A program made the position numbers and the translations under genes. The notes under the pieces were generated by a model, which did not search any database, was not told the DNA's origin, and saw only the letters and a program-made list of their open reading frames with translations. From an uncultured Gemmatimonadales bacterium (GTDB taxonomy: Bacteria > Gemmatimonadota > Gemmatimonadetes > Longimicrobiales > RSA9), in contig CAWAMW010000007.1 in NCBI GenBank assembly GCA_963783305.1, positions 512,001 through 576,000 of the forward strand: a stretch of 64,000 bases of DNA. Direction: 5' to 3'. Shown here one piece after another: positions 21,516-31,947 of this stretch (position 1 is its first letter; every line of letters begins with the position of its first letter).

Positions 21516-22481
21516 ATGCACTTCAAGCCGGTCCTAGCCTATCGTTCGGCGGCCTCCGAGCCCACTCCGGATGTGGTGCGTGAATTCGCGCGCCGCAACG
21601 GTCTCACCGTGGTGGAGCTGGACAGCTGCGAGGCCGTTATCGGCCTGGTGAACCGAACGTTTCCTGCCTGCATCATCTTCGGCAGTCCGGCCAGCGCGGA
21701 GTCCATCGAAACGTGCCGGGGGCTGAAAGGGGAAGCCTTCAGCGCGGTGATCCCGGTGATCTTCATCGACGAGCACGACCGGGCGCATGGTCTGATGGCG
21801 ATGCAGGCCGGGGCCGACGAGCTCCTGACCACGGACATGTCGGTCGAGGAGCAGGCGATCCGGCTGCAGGTCACGCTCAATCGCGCCGAGCGGGATGTGA
21901 GCGTGCACCCGTCCACGCGCCTGCCTGGCACCGGCCAGATCGAGCGTGACATCACCGAGCGGATCCGGAGCGGAGAGCAGTTCGCGGTGTGCTACGCCGA
22001 CCTGGATCATTTCAAGGAGTTCAACGACCGCTACGGATACAACCGGGGCGATGGGGTAATCGGGATCGTGTCGCGGGTGCTGCGGGACATGGTGCGGGCG
22101 TACGCACCCACTGGCTTCATCGGTCACATCGGTGGCGACGACTTCATCTTCAACGTCCCGCTGGACTCCATGGAGATCTGCTGCCGCGAGGTGCTCGACA
22201 TCTTCGATCAGCTGATCCCCTACCAGTACTCCGAAGAGGACCGCGAGGCCGGCCACTTTGTCGCGAAGGACCGGCGCGGTAATCTTCACCAGATCCCGGT
22301 CATGACCCTGTCCATCGGTGTGGTGACGAACCGCAACAGGACGTTCGAGCACCCGGCTCGGGTCAGCGAGCTCGCGACGGAGATGAAGTCCTACGCCAAG
22401 ACCCTGCCAGGGTCCGTCTACGCCGTGGATCGCCGGAGGGACAACGACGAGTGGGTGAACTCGCACAACACGGAGTCGTAG
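21516..22481 (+). CDS. Diguanylate cyclase (GGDDF) with degenerate N-terminal receiver domain
   Basis: STRLPG, DLDHFKEFNDRYGYNRGD, HIGGDDF; receiver-like IPVIFI...AGADELL lacking the phospho-Asp. Confidence 0.88.
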   Translation: MHFKPVLAYRSAASEPTPDVVREFARRNGLTVVELDSCEAVIGLVNRTFPACIIFGSPASAESIETCRGLKGEAFSAVIPVIFIDEHDRAHGLMAMQAGADELLTTDMSVEEQAIRLQVTLNRAERDVSVHPSTRLPGTGQIERDITERIRSGEQFAVCYADLDHFKEFNDRYGYNRGDGVIGIVSRVLRDMVRAYAPTGFIGHIGGDDFIFNVPLDSMEICCREVLDIFDQLIPYQYSEEDREAGHFVAKDRRGNLHQIPVMTLSIGVVTNRNRTFEHPARVSELATEMKSYAKTLPGSVYAVDRRRDNDEWVNSHNTES

Positions 22482-22486
22482 CAGCC

Positions 22487-22978
22487 ATGAACCTAGCGTG
22501 TCCCGAGTGCAGCACCATCTACCGGATCGATCCGGCCCGAGTGGAGGGCGCCAGCGTGGGCGCCCGCTGCCGCGTATGCGAGACCGTTTTCCGGGTGGAC
22601 CCGACCGCGGACCCGAAACCCGGCCACATCACGACGGCGCCGGCCATGGCGCCCCGCGCCACGCCCGAGACCCCGGAAGCCGAGAGCGAACCGGAACCGG
22701 CCCCGTCCGTGGCGGCCGCGCCGGCGTTCGGCCCGCAGGATCCGGAGACGCGGGCCCGTCGGCTGGCCCGGGCGCTGGTGTCGGACATCAAGGTGTACAA
22801 CCCGGACAAGTGGGAGGAGAGCCGTGCGACGGGCACGCTCCGCCGGGAGTTCCGCGATGAGATTCTGAAGAGCTGGGAGGAATACGTGGAGCAGGTAGGG
22901 GAGCCGATGGCCAAGAAGACCCCCTATTTCCGGGACGCTCTGAACGACATCCTGGCCGGTGGTGAGCGGATGTTCTGA
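22487..22978 (+). CDS. Zinc-ribbon (MJ0042-type) protein with Pro/Ala linker and RomX-like C-terminal domain
   Basis: CPECSTIYRI...RCRVCETVF; C-terminal RARRLARALVSDIKVYN...FRDALNDIL. Confidence 0.8.
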   Translation: MNLACPECSTIYRIDPARVEGASVGARCRVCETVFRVDPTADPKPGHITTAPAMAPRATPETPEAESEPEPAPSVAAAPAFGPQDPETRARRLARALVSDIKVYNPDKWEESRATGTLRREFRDEILKSWEEYVEQVGEPMAKKTPYFRDALNDILAGGERMF

Positions 22979-22991
22979 GGGCCCGATTCGG

Positions 22992-23020
22992 TTGCCGGTG
23001 CCCGGTGCCGTCATTATGTT
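22992..23020 (+). promoter_or_regulatory. Possible prfB promoter
   Basis: TTGCCG, 17 bp, TATGTT. Confidence 0.5.
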
Positions 23021-23087
23021 CCGGCGTCGCGAGGAAAAAGCATGGGGCCGTCCCTTCTCGGGCGGCCCCTCGTTTTAGGAGAATGAT

Positions 23088-24198
23088 ATGGCGGACATCG
23101 TGGAACGGCTGCAGACGCAGCGGAGAAGGATCGACTCACTCGGAGGTTATCTTTGACGTCGCCTCCAAGAGGGGCCGCGTAGAGGAGCTCGAGGGGAGGA
23201 TGACGGAGCCCGGTTTCTGGGATGACACCGACCGCGCCCGTGACATCACCCTCGAGGTGAACGACCTGAAGGGGTGGGTAGAGCCGTGGGCGGCGGCGAG
23301 CGCGCGCGCGGCCGAGCTGGTTGAGCTGGCCGAGCTGGTGGAGCTGGAAGATGAGCCGGATCCTGCGCTGCTCGAGGAGCTGGAGCAGGAGTCCGACCGG
23401 CTGGAGCGCGAGATTGAGAAGCTGGAGCTGAAGAACATGCTCCGCGGAAGCGATGATCACCGGGACGCTCTGGTCACGATCCATCCGGGGGCCGGCGGCA
23501 CGGAGTCGCAGGACTGGGCGGAAATGTTGATGCGAATGTACTCGCGCTGGGGCGAGGGTCACGAGTACGACGTGGATGTGCTGAACCTCATGCCCGGTGA
23601 CGAGGCGGGGATCAAGAGCGTTACGCTGGAGATCCGGGGTCGCTACGCGTACGGGTACCTGAAGGCGGAGAAGGGGGTGCACCGCCTGGTCCGGATCTCA
23701 CCGTTCGACTCGCAGAGCCGGCGGCACACGTCCTTCGCCAGTGTGTTCGTGTATCCGGTGGTGGACGACGAGATCGAGGTGGACATCGTGGACAAGGATC
23801 TGCGGGTCGACACTTTCCGAGCCTCGGGCGCGGGCGGTCAGCACGTGAACAAGACGAGCTCCGCGATCCGCATTACGCACGAACCGACGGGGATCGTGGT
23901 GGCGTGCCAGCAGGAGCGGAGTCAGCACCAGAACCGGGCCGTGGCCATGAAGATGCTGCGGGCGGCGCTGTACCAGAGGGAAGTGGACCAGCGGGAAGCG
24001 GAACGGCAGAAGGTGGAGTCGGAGAAGACGGAGATCGGGTGGGGGAACCAGATCCGGTCCTACGTGTTCCAGCCGTACACGCAGGTGACGGATCACCGGA
24101 CCGAGCTGAAGGTCGGCGATGTGCAGGCGGTGATGGACGGCGACCTCGATCCGCTGATCGAGGCGTATCTGAAGGAGTTCGGCGCAAAGGTGGCATGA
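23088..24198 (+). CDS. prfB: Peptide chain release factor 2, join(23088..23153,23155..24198), programmed +1 frameshift
   Basis: AGGAG SD, ATG 23088, GGAGGT-TAT-CTT-TGA-C slippery site; SPF and GGQ motifs in the +1 frame. Confidence 0.97.
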
Positions 24199-25778
24199 GC
24201 AAGGGCGACGCGGGGGCCGCGGGGGAGCGGGATGAAACGGGCGGGCAGTCGGAGCTGAGCCAGGTGGAGCAGGACCGGCGCGACACCCTGGAGGAGCTGC
24301 GCCGTCGAGGCACGGAGCCGTACGCGTACCGCTACGAGGTCACGCACCGAGCGGCCGCCGCCATCGCGGAGCTCGAAACGGCAGAGGAAGCCGACACCCT
24401 GGGTGAGGACGGTACCGGTCCCCGGGCGCGCGTGGCCGGCCGGATCGTGTCGCTCCGGAGCCACGGGAAGGTGTCGTTCCTTGACCTGGAAGACCGGTCC
24501 GGTGGGATCCAGCTGTTCGTCCGCAAGAACGTGGTCGGGGACGCGGGATACGAGCTGTTGAAGCTCCTCCACGTGGGCGACTGGGTGGGCGCCGAGGGCG
24601 CCACGCTGCGGACGCGGATGGGGGAGCCGAGCATCCTGGCCGAGGAGATCCGGCTGCTCTCGAAGTCACTCCGCCCGCTGCCGTACGGCAAGGTGGAGGA
24701 GGACGAGGAGACGGGGGAGCGCGTGGTCCACGGCGGGTTCTCGGACAAGCAGCAGCGCTACCGGCAGCGATACACGGACCTGGCCGTCCACCCGGAGGTC
24801 CGGGCGCTTTTCGTCACGCGAGCGCGGATCGTGAGCGCGCTGCGGCAGTTCCTGGACGAACGCGACTACATCGAGGTAGAGACGCCGGTCCTCCAGCCCA
24901 TTTACGGGGGCGCGCTCGCGCGACCGTTCACGACCCACCACAACACGCTCGACATGCCGCTGTATCTCCGGATTGCGGACGAGCTGTACCTCAAGAGGCT
25001 GATCGTGGGCGGGCTCGAGCGGGTATACGAGATCGGGAAGGACTTCCGGAACGAGGGCATCGACCGGACCCATAATCCAGAATTCTCGATGCTCGAGTTC
25101 TACCAGGCGTTCGCCGACTACAACGACATGATGGAGCTGGTGGAGGCGATGGTCGCGTTCGCGGCCGAGCGCGCGGGTGGCTCCAGCGTGGTCCGGTTCG
25201 AGGGGCGTGAAATCGACCTCTCGCCGCCGTACCGCCGGATCACGTTCCTCAGCGCCCTCCGGGAGATCGGCGGCATCAACGCGGCGGAAGCGGAGGAGGC
25301 CGAGCTGCGCTCGGCGGCCGAGAGTGCGGGGGTGGAAGGTGTGGCGACAATGGGGCGCGGCAAGCTCCTGGACGCGCTCTTCAGCGCGCTGGTGGAGCCC
25401 GCCCTCGATCACCCGACGTTCGTCACCGACTACCCCCGCGAGCTCTCGCCCCTGGCCAAGCCCAAGCGAGGGGATGCGCGACTGACGGAGCGATTCGAGC
25501 TGATCGTCGCCGGCCGTGAGATCGCGAACGCCTTCAGCGAGCTGAACGACCCGTTCGACCAGCGGGACCGTTTCGAGGCCCAGGCGCGGCTGAAGGAGGC
25601 GGGGGACGAGGAGGCGCTCATGGTGGACGACGACTACCTCCGGGCGCTGGAGTACGGCATGCCGCCGACGGGTGGCGTCGGCATCGGGGTGGATCGGCTG
25701 GTGATGCTCCTCACGGACAGTCCATCGATACGGGACGTGATCCTGTTCCCGACGCTCCGTCCCGAGGAGAAGGCGTGA
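24195..25778 (+). CDS. lysS: Lysine--tRNA ligase (class II)
   Basis: RYRQRYTDL, YLRIADELYLKRL, FRNEGID, EYGMPPTGGVGIGVDRL. Confidence 0.97.
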   Translation: MSKGDAGAAGERDETGGQSELSQVEQDRRDTLEELRRRGTEPYAYRYEVTHRAAAAIAELETAEEADTLGEDGTGPRARVAGRIVSLRSHGKVSFLDLEDRSGGIQLFVRKNVVGDAGYELLKLLHVGDWVGAEGATLRTRMGEPSILAEEIRLLSKSLRPLPYGKVEEDEETGERVVHGGFSDKQQRYRQRYTDLAVHPEVRALFVTRARIVSALRQFLDERDYIEVETPVLQPIYGGALARPFTTHHNTLDMPLYLRIADELYLKRLIVGGLERVYEIGKDFRNEGIDRTHNPEFSMLEFYQAFADYNDMMELVEAMVAFAAERAGGSSVVRFEGREIDLSPPYRRITFLSALREIGGINAAEAEEAELRSAAESAGVEGVATMGRGKLLDALFSALVEPALDHPTFVTDYPRELSPLAKPKRGDARLTERFELIVAGREIANAFSELNDPFDQRDRFEAQARLKEAGDEEALMVDDDYLRALEYGMPPTGGVGIGVDRLVMLLTDSPSIRDVILFPTLRPEEKA

Positions 25779-27025
25779 AGCGACTGGACTGGTACATCGC
25801 CCGGCGGTACCTGGCGTCGCGGAGAAAAGGCACGTTCGTCTCCCTGATCACCGCCATCTCCGTCGGCGGCGTGTTCGTGGGCGTAGCGGCGCTCATCATC
25901 GTCATCGCGGTCATGACGGGGCTCCAGCAGGATCTCCAGGAGAAGATCGTGGGGATGAACCCCCACGTGTACGTCTTCCAGCAGACCGGGGGCGGGTTCC
26001 GGATGCCGGACTGGCGACCGGTGATCGAGATAGCGCGGAAGGCGCCCGGGGTCGTCGTGGTGGAGCCGTTCGTCATGACGCAGGTGGCGGTGAACCTGCC
26101 GGGGACCGAGTACGCCCAGCCGGGGACGGTGTTCGGGATCGACCCGAACGACGACGGCCCCGAGCTGATCGACCTCGAAGAGGACATCCGCTCCGGAGAG
26201 CTCGATTTCGGTCCCACGGCCACCGGCTATCCCCCGTTGCTGGTAGGACTGCGGCTGGCCGAGAAGCTGAACGTGTTCCCGGGGGACACGGTGCAGGTGG
26301 TGTCGCTCGAGAACTTCCAGACGGCCGGTACGGGCGACGTGATCCCGGTGATCCGGAAGTTCGAGGTCACGGACCGGTTCTCCACGGGGATGTACGAGTA
26401 CGACTCCAACTACATGTACGTCCCGCTCGCGGCGGCACAGGAGCTGTTGAGCCTGACGGACGCCGTGAGCGGAGTGGGTCTCAAGGTGAGCGACCCGTGG
26501 GAGGCGGCGGAGACATCGGTCTGGCTCCAGCGCGAGCTGGCGTTCCCCTACTACACGCAGGACTGGGTGCAGCTGAACTCGGCGCTATTCGGCGCGCTGA
26601 AGCTGGAGAAGCTCGCCATGGGGGTGATCCTCTTTCTCATCGTGCTGGTGGCGTCGTTCAACATCATCAGCACCCTCATCATGATGGTGGCCGACAAGAC
26701 GCGGGAGATCGGTATCCTGAAGTCCATGGGGATGAACGACCGGACGGTGCTGCGGATCTTCATGCAGCAGGGGCTGGCGATCGGGGTTGTGGGAACGGCG
26801 CTGGGCACGGCCGTGGGGCTCTTTCTCGTGTGGCTCCTGGACACCTACCGTTTCATCGAGCTGCCGGGGGATGTGTACTTCCTCGACACGCTCCCGGTGG
26901 CGCTGGAGCCCCTCGACCTGCTGCTGATCGTGGCGCTGAGCATCCTGGTGGCGTTCGTCGCCACGATCTACCCGGCGCGGCAGGCCTCCAAGCTCCTGCC
27001 GGTGGAAGCCATCCGACATGAGTGA
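25775..27025 (+). CDS. lolE: Lipoprotein-releasing ABC permease LolC/E
   Basis: ARRYL...FVSLITAISVGGV, TGMYEYDS, EIGILKSMG, YPARQAS. Confidence 0.92.
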   Translation: MKRLDWYIARRYLASRRKGTFVSLITAISVGGVFVGVAALIIVIAVMTGLQQDLQEKIVGMNPHVYVFQQTGGGFRMPDWRPVIEIARKAPGVVVVEPFVMTQVAVNLPGTEYAQPGTVFGIDPNDDGPELIDLEEDIRSGELDFGPTATGYPPLLVGLRLAEKLNVFPGDTVQVVSLENFQTAGTGDVIPVIRKFEVTDRFSTGMYEYDSNYMYVPLAAAQELLSLTDAVSGVGLKVSDPWEAAETSVWLQRELAFPYYTQDWVQLNSALFGALKLEKLAMGVILFLIVLVASFNIISTLIMMVADKTREIGILKSMGMNDRTVLRIFMQQGLAIGVVGTALGTAVGLFLVWLLDTYRFIELPGDVYFLDTLPVALEPLDLLLIVALSILVAFVATIYPARQASKLLPVEAIRHE

Positions 27026-27779
27026 TCATCTCGAGCAGCCCCCGCTGACGGCGGCTCCCTTTCCGACGACCGCTCGCAGGAGCGCGGTGCCGGACTCGAG
27101 GCCGCTCGCCGTGCGGGCGCGGGGTCTGACGAAGGTCTATCAGGGTGGCGGCGGCACCGAACTCAACGTGCTCGCCGGGGTAGATCTGGAAGTGGCCCGG
27201 GGCGAGGCGGTGGCGATCATTGGAGCGAGCGGGGCGGGGAAGTCGACGCTGCTCCACCTGCTGGGAGGGCTCGATCGACCGACGGCCGGCGAGGTGGAGG
27301 TAAACGGTCGCCGCCTGGACGCCATGGATGCGGCGGAGCTCGCAGGGTTCCGGAACAGCGCCATTGGCTTTGTCTTCCAGTTCCACCACCTCCTGCGCGA
27401 GTTCACCGCGGAGGAGAACGTTATGATGCCCCAGCTCATTGCGGGGTTGGAGCGGGAGCCGGCCCGAGAACGGGCGCGGGAGCTCCTGGGGGAGGTGGGG
27501 CTGTCGGAACGGGCGACGCACCGCTCGACGGAACTGAGCGGAGGGGAGCAGCAGCGTGTTGCGGTGGCCCGGGCGCTGGCGAACCGGCCCGCGGTCTTGC
27601 TGGCGGACGAGCCCAGCGGAAACCTGGACACGGCCACGAGCGACCGGCTGCACGACATGTTCTTCCGCCTCCGGGAGGAGCACGGGGTCGCGCTGGTCCT
27701 GGCCACGCACAACCGCGAGCTCGCCGATCGGACCGACCGCGTGCTGCGCGTACGAGAAGGAATGCTTGAACGCCTGTAG
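27018..27779 (+). CDS. lolD: Lipoprotein-releasing ABC ATPase LolD
   Basis: GASGAGKST, GFVFQFHHLL, LSGGEQQR, DEPSGNLD. Confidence 0.93.
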   Translation: MSDHLEQPPLTAAPFPTTARRSAVPDSRPLAVRARGLTKVYQGGGGTELNVLAGVDLEVARGEAVAIIGASGAGKSTLLHLLGGLDRPTAGEVEVNGRRLDAMDAAELAGFRNSAIGFVFQFHHLLREFTAEENVMMPQLIAGLEREPARERARELLGEVGLSERATHRSTELSGGEQQRVAVARALANRPAVLLADEPSGNLDTATSDRLHDMFFRLREEHGVALVLATHNRELADRTDRVLRVREGMLERL

Positions 27780-27790
27780 CCGAGTGATTT

Positions 27791-28288
27791 ATGCGCTGTG
27801 ACCAATGTGGTGAGAACGAGGCGGTGATCCACCTCACGCAGATCGTGGACAATCAGATGGGAACGTTCCACCTGTGCGAGATGTGCGCGGCCGAAAAGGG
27901 TCTGGAGCCGGAGCCGAAGATGGAGAATGTTCCGCTTACGGATTTCCTCGCACAGATGTCACAGGAGTCACCGCCGACACCCTCCGAGACGGGCGCGTGC
28001 GAGTTCTGCGGCCTCACCCTCCGCGACTTCAAGAAGAGCGGCCGTCTGGGCTGCCCGCACTGCTACGTCACGTTCGACGAACACCTGCGGGGGCTCTTCC
28101 GTCAGCTGCACGGCGCCACGCAGCATGTTGGCAAGGTCTACCTCCCGCCCGACCCGACAGAGGCGGAGCGGACCGAGCAGGTTACACGGCTCCGCCGGAA
28201 GCTCGATGGGGCCGTCCAGCGGGAGGAGTTCGAACGGGCCGCGCAGCTCAGGGACCAGATCCGCGAGCTGGAGGAGGCGGCGGGATGA
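27791..28288 (+). CDS. mcsA: McsA, activator of protein-arginine kinase
   Basis: Four CxxC motifs, GRLGCPHCY, HVGKV, C-terminal UVR domain (EEFERAAQLRDQI). Confidence 0.93.
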   Translation: MRCDQCGENEAVIHLTQIVDNQMGTFHLCEMCAAEKGLEPEPKMENVPLTDFLAQMSQESPPTPSETGACEFCGLTLRDFKKSGRLGCPHCYVTFDEHLRGLFRQLHGATQHVGKVYLPPDPTEAERTEQVTRLRRKLDGAVQREEFERAAQLRDQIRELEEAAG

Positions 28289-29409
28289 TGGACTTCGGCG
28301 CGGCGGGGGACTTCGGGCTGTCCTGGCTCGAGGCGAGCGGCCCCCACTCGGACATCGTCCTTTCGACGCGGGTACGATTGGCGCGGAACCTCCAGGGGCA
28401 CGCCTTCGGCCGCCGGGTGGAGGACGAGGAGCGGATGCGGATCCTGGCGGCGGTGCAGACCGCCGCCGACAAGGGGGTTCTGCTGCGGGACGGCATGTCG
28501 GTGGACATCGCCTCGCTGCCCCCGCTCTCGCGGCAGGTGCTGCTCGAGCGGCACCTGGTGTCACGGGAGCTGATCGGGGCTTCCGGGCCGGGCCCGTACG
28601 CGGGCGCCGGTCTCATCATCGGACCGTCGCAGCAGGCGGGTCTGATGGTGAACGAGGAGGACCACATGCGGCTCCAGAGCCTCATGTCGGGGCTCCGTCT
28701 CCAGGACGCCTACCAGCAGGTGGACGCACTGGACGAGGAGCTGGGTGCGGAGCTGCCGATCGCATACCACCACGAGTTCGGCTACCTGACGAGCTGCCCC
28801 ACGAACGTGGGCACAGGGCTGAGGGCGTCGGTTCTGGTGCACCTGCCCGGGCTCGTTCTTACGAAGGAGATCGGAAAGGTGCTGCAGGGGATCGGGCAGG
28901 TGGGGCTGACGTTCCGGGGGTTGTACGGCGAGGGGTCGGAAGTGGTGGGCAACTTCTTCCAGATCTCGAACCAGACGACGCTCGGGAAGCCCGAGGACGA
29001 TCTGGTGGAGCACCTGCAGAAAATCGTGGAGCGCGTGATCCGGTACGAGCAGCACGCGAGGGGTGTGCTGATGCGGGAAGCACCGGCCGTCATGGAGGAC
29101 AAGATCTGGCGGGCCTACGGCCTTCTGCGTTATGCTCGCTCACTGTCGTTCGACGAGGTGATGAACCTCCTGAGCGGAGTGCGGCTGGGTGTCAGCATGA
29201 AACTGCTTTCGGGCGTGAGTGTATACACGCTGAACAAGATCATGATATATGCGCAGCCGGCTCACTTGGAGCAGGTCGCCGGGCGATCGCTCAAGGAACA
29301 GGAGAGCGATTTGCATCGCGCGGCCTATGTGCGGCGCACGCTGGCCGCGGAGACGAATGTGGTCGAGGGAAGCAATGCGCCAGGCGAGGACGGCTCAGAA
29401 GTTGAATAG
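28285..29409 (+). CDS. mcsB: Protein-arginine kinase McsB
   Basis: STRVRLARN, NEEDH, CPTNVGTGLRAS, RGLYGEGSE, QISNQTTLG. Confidence 0.96.
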   Translation: MMDFGAAGDFGLSWLEASGPHSDIVLSTRVRLARNLQGHAFGRRVEDEERMRILAAVQTAADKGVLLRDGMSVDIASLPPLSRQVLLERHLVSRELIGASGPGPYAGAGLIIGPSQQAGLMVNEEDHMRLQSLMSGLRLQDAYQQVDALDEELGAELPIAYHHEFGYLTSCPTNVGTGLRASVLVHLPGLVLTKEIGKVLQGIGQVGLTFRGLYGEGSEVVGNFFQISNQTTLGKPEDDLVEHLQKIVERVIRYEQHARGVLMREAPAVMEDKIWRAYGLLRYARSLSFDEVMNLLSGVRLGVSMKLLSGVSVYTLNKIMIYAQPAHLEQVAGRSLKEQESDLHRAAYVRRTLAAETNVVEGSNAPGEDGSEVE

Positions 29410-29448
29410 ATTCGTCGTCACAACGACGACTCCCGCTACGAGGCACCG

Positions 29449-31947
29449 ATGAACTACAATTTCACTGACAGGGTGCGAAAGGTACTCGCGATGGCGCGGG
29501 AGGAGGCCATTCGCCTCCAGCACGATTACGTGGGGACGGAGCACATCCTGCTCGGTCTGATCCGGGAAGGCGAAGGGGTGGCCGCGGCCGTCCTGATGAA
29601 CCTGAACGTGGACCTGGAGCAGATCCACGAGCGGATCGAGGAGTCGGTCAAGAAGGGGAAGGCGACCATCGCGCTGGGCGAGCTGCCGTACACGTCCCGG
29701 GCCAAGAAGGTGCTCGAGTACGCCATGGCGGAGGCCCGGGAGTTGAACCACTCCTACGTGGGGACGGAGCATCTTCTGCTGGGACTCCTGCGCGAGGAGA
29801 AGGGCATTGCGGCGCAGGTCCTGAACTCCATGGGCCTCACGCTGGACGAGGCCCGCAGCGAGACACTCAAGCTGCTCGGCAGCGACGTGAACCCCACGCC
29901 GCCGTCCTCCTCGGCCGGCGGTCCCACGAGCAGCGCCAGCTCCGGCGGAGCCGGGTCCAAGGGCGAGAAGAAGTCGAAGACGCCCGCACTGGACCATTTC
30001 TGCCGCGATCTGACGGAACTGGCCCGCGAGGGCGAGCTGGATCCGACGATCGGCCGTGCCGCGGAGATCGAGCGGGTCATGGAGGTGCTGAGCCGCCGGA
30101 AGAAGAACAACCCGGTGCTCATCGGGGAAGCGGGCGTCGGGAAGACGGCGATCGTCGAGGGTCTGGCACAGCTGATCGCGAAGGGCGAAGTCCCCGACAG
30201 TCTGGCGGACCATCGCGTCCTGGCGCTGGACATGGCGGCGGTGATCGCCGGCACGAAGTACCGGGGCCAGTTCGAGGAGCGGCTGAAGGCGATCATGAAC
30301 GAGATCGCCCAGAACAAGCAGGTGATCCTGTTCATCGACGAGCTGCACACGCTGGTGGGCGCCGGCGCGGCGGAGGGGGCGATCGACGCCTCAAACATGC
30401 TGAAGCCGGCGCTGGCGCGCGGGGAGCTGCAGTGCGTGGGGGCCAGCACGCTGAACGAGTACCGGAAGTACATCGAGAAGGATGGCGCGCTGGAGCGCCG
30501 GTTCCAGACGGTGATCGTGGACCCGCCGACGGTGGAGCAGTCGGTGGAGATCCTGAAGGGGCTCCGCGTCCACTACGAGGATCATCACCGGGTGGAGATC
30601 CCCGATGAGACGCTGGGCGCGTCGGCCAAGCTGAGCGAGCGCTACATCACCGACCGGTTCCTGCCGGACAAGGCGATCGATGTGATCGACGAGGCGGGCG
30701 CGCGGGCTCGACTGGCGACGCAGGTTCCGCCGCCGGAGGTGGCCGAGCTGAAGGAGGAGCTGGAAGCGCTCGCGGAAAAGAAGGACGCGGCGATCCGGGA
30801 CCAGGACTTCGAGCGTGCGGCGGAGCTGCGCGACGAGGAACGCGAGCTCCAGTCGAAGATCCAGAAGGTGCAGGAGGACTGGCAGGAGGAGCGGAAGCAG
30901 CACCGTCCCGTGATCAGCGTGGAGGATGTCGCGTTCATCGTGAGCCGGTGGACGGGGATCCCGGTCACGCGCCTGAAGGAGGCGGAGACGGAGCGGCTGG
31001 TGAACATGGAGGAGGAGCTCCACAAGCGGGTGGTGGGCCAGGATGAGGCCATCGCGGCGATCAGCCGCGCGATCCGGCGCAGTCGGGCGGGCCTCAAGGA
31101 CCCGAACCGTCCCATCGGGAGCTTCATCTTCAGCGGTCCCACGGGGGTGGGGAAGACCGAGCTGGCGCGCGCGCTGGCCGAGTTCCTGTTCGCGGACCGT
31201 GATGCGCTGATCCGGGTGGACATGAGCGAGTATATGGAGAAGTTCTCCGTCTCGCGGCTGATCGGCGCGCCTCCGGGCTACGTGGGCTACGAGGACAGCG
31301 GCACGCTCACGAAGGCGGTGCGCCGGCGTCCGTACAGCGTGGTGCTGCTGGACGAAATCGAGAAGGCGCACCCGGACGTATTCAACATCCTCCTGCAGGT
31401 GCTCGACGACGGGCAGCTCACGGACAACTACGGTCGGGTCATCGACTTCAAGAACACCGTGCTCATCATGACGTCCAACCTGGGGGCGCGTGACATCAGC
31501 ACCGGAAAGGCGGCGCTGGGCTTCCACTCGCGGGACGCAGAGACGACGTACGAGCGGATGCAGAGCAAGGTCACGGAGGAGATCGAGCGGGCGTTCAACC
31601 CCGAGTTCCTGAACCGGGTGGACGACACCATCGTGTTCCATCCGCTGTCGAAGGAGCAGATCGCTCAGATCGTGCACTTCATGCTTCGGGATGTGCACGA
31701 CCGGCTGAAGGACGAGGAGCTCACGCTCAACCTGACGGACCGGGCGGTGGAGTTCCTGGTGGACAAGGGCTACGACGAGAAGTATGGTGCCCGGCCTCTG
31801 CGGCGTGCGATCCAGCGGTATCTGGAGGACCCGCTGTCGGAGAAGATCCTGGTGTCGCAGTTCTCGCCGGGCGACGAGATCGAAGTGGATGTGTCGGAGA
31901 CCGGGGACGTCCTGGAGTTCCGCGTCCCATCGTCAACAAAGACATGA
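29449..31947 (+). CDS. clpC: ATP-dependent Clp protease ATPase ClpC
   Basis: Duplicated Clp-N repeats, GEAGVGKT and [11 protein letters not shown]-type M domain, LGF ClpP-binding loop. Confidence 0.96.
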   Translation: MNYNFTDRVRKVLAMAREEAIRLQHDYVGTEHILLGLIREGEGVAAAVLMNLNVDLEQIHERIEESVKKGKATIALGELPYTSRAKKVLEYAMAEARELNHSYVGTEHLLLGLLREEKGIAAQVLNSMGLTLDEARSETLKLLGSDVNPTPPSSSAGGPTSSASSGGAGSKGEKKSKTPALDHFCRDLTELAREGELDPTIGRAAEIERVMEVLSRRKKNNPVLIGEAGVGKTAIVEGLAQLIAKGEVPDSLADHRVLALDMAAVIAGTKYRGQFEERLKAIMNEIAQNKQVILFIDELHTLVGAGAAEGAIDASNMLKPALARGELQCVGASTLNEYRKYIEKDGALERRFQTVIVDPPTVEQSVEILKGLRVHYEDHHRVEIPDETLGASAKLSERYITDRFLPDKAIDVIDEAGARARLATQVPPPEVAELKEELEALAEKKDAAIRDQDFERAAELRDEERELQSKIQKVQEDWQEERKQHRPVISVEDVAFIVSRWTGIPVTRLKEAETERLVNMEEELHKRVVGQDEAIAAISRAIRRSRAGLKDPNRPIGSFIFSGPTGVGKTELARALAEFLFADRDALIRVDMSEYMEKFSVSRLIGAPPGYVGYEDSGTLTKAVRRRPYSVVLLDEIEKAHPDVFNILLQVLDDGQLTDNYGRVIDFKNTVLIMTSNLGARDISTGKAALGFHSRDAETTYERMQSKVTEEIERAFNPEFLNRVDDTIVFHPLSKEQIAQIVHFMLRDVHDRLKDEELTLNLTDRAVEFLVDKGYDEKYGARPLRRAIQRYLEDPLSEKILVSQFSPGDEIEVDVSETGDVLEFRVPSSTKT

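Noticed and set aside
21516..22481. Hypr-type 3',3'-cGAMP-forming GGDEF enzyme
   Set aside because: The guanine-specifying Asp (NRGD) is retained, consistent with an ordinary diguanylate cyclase.
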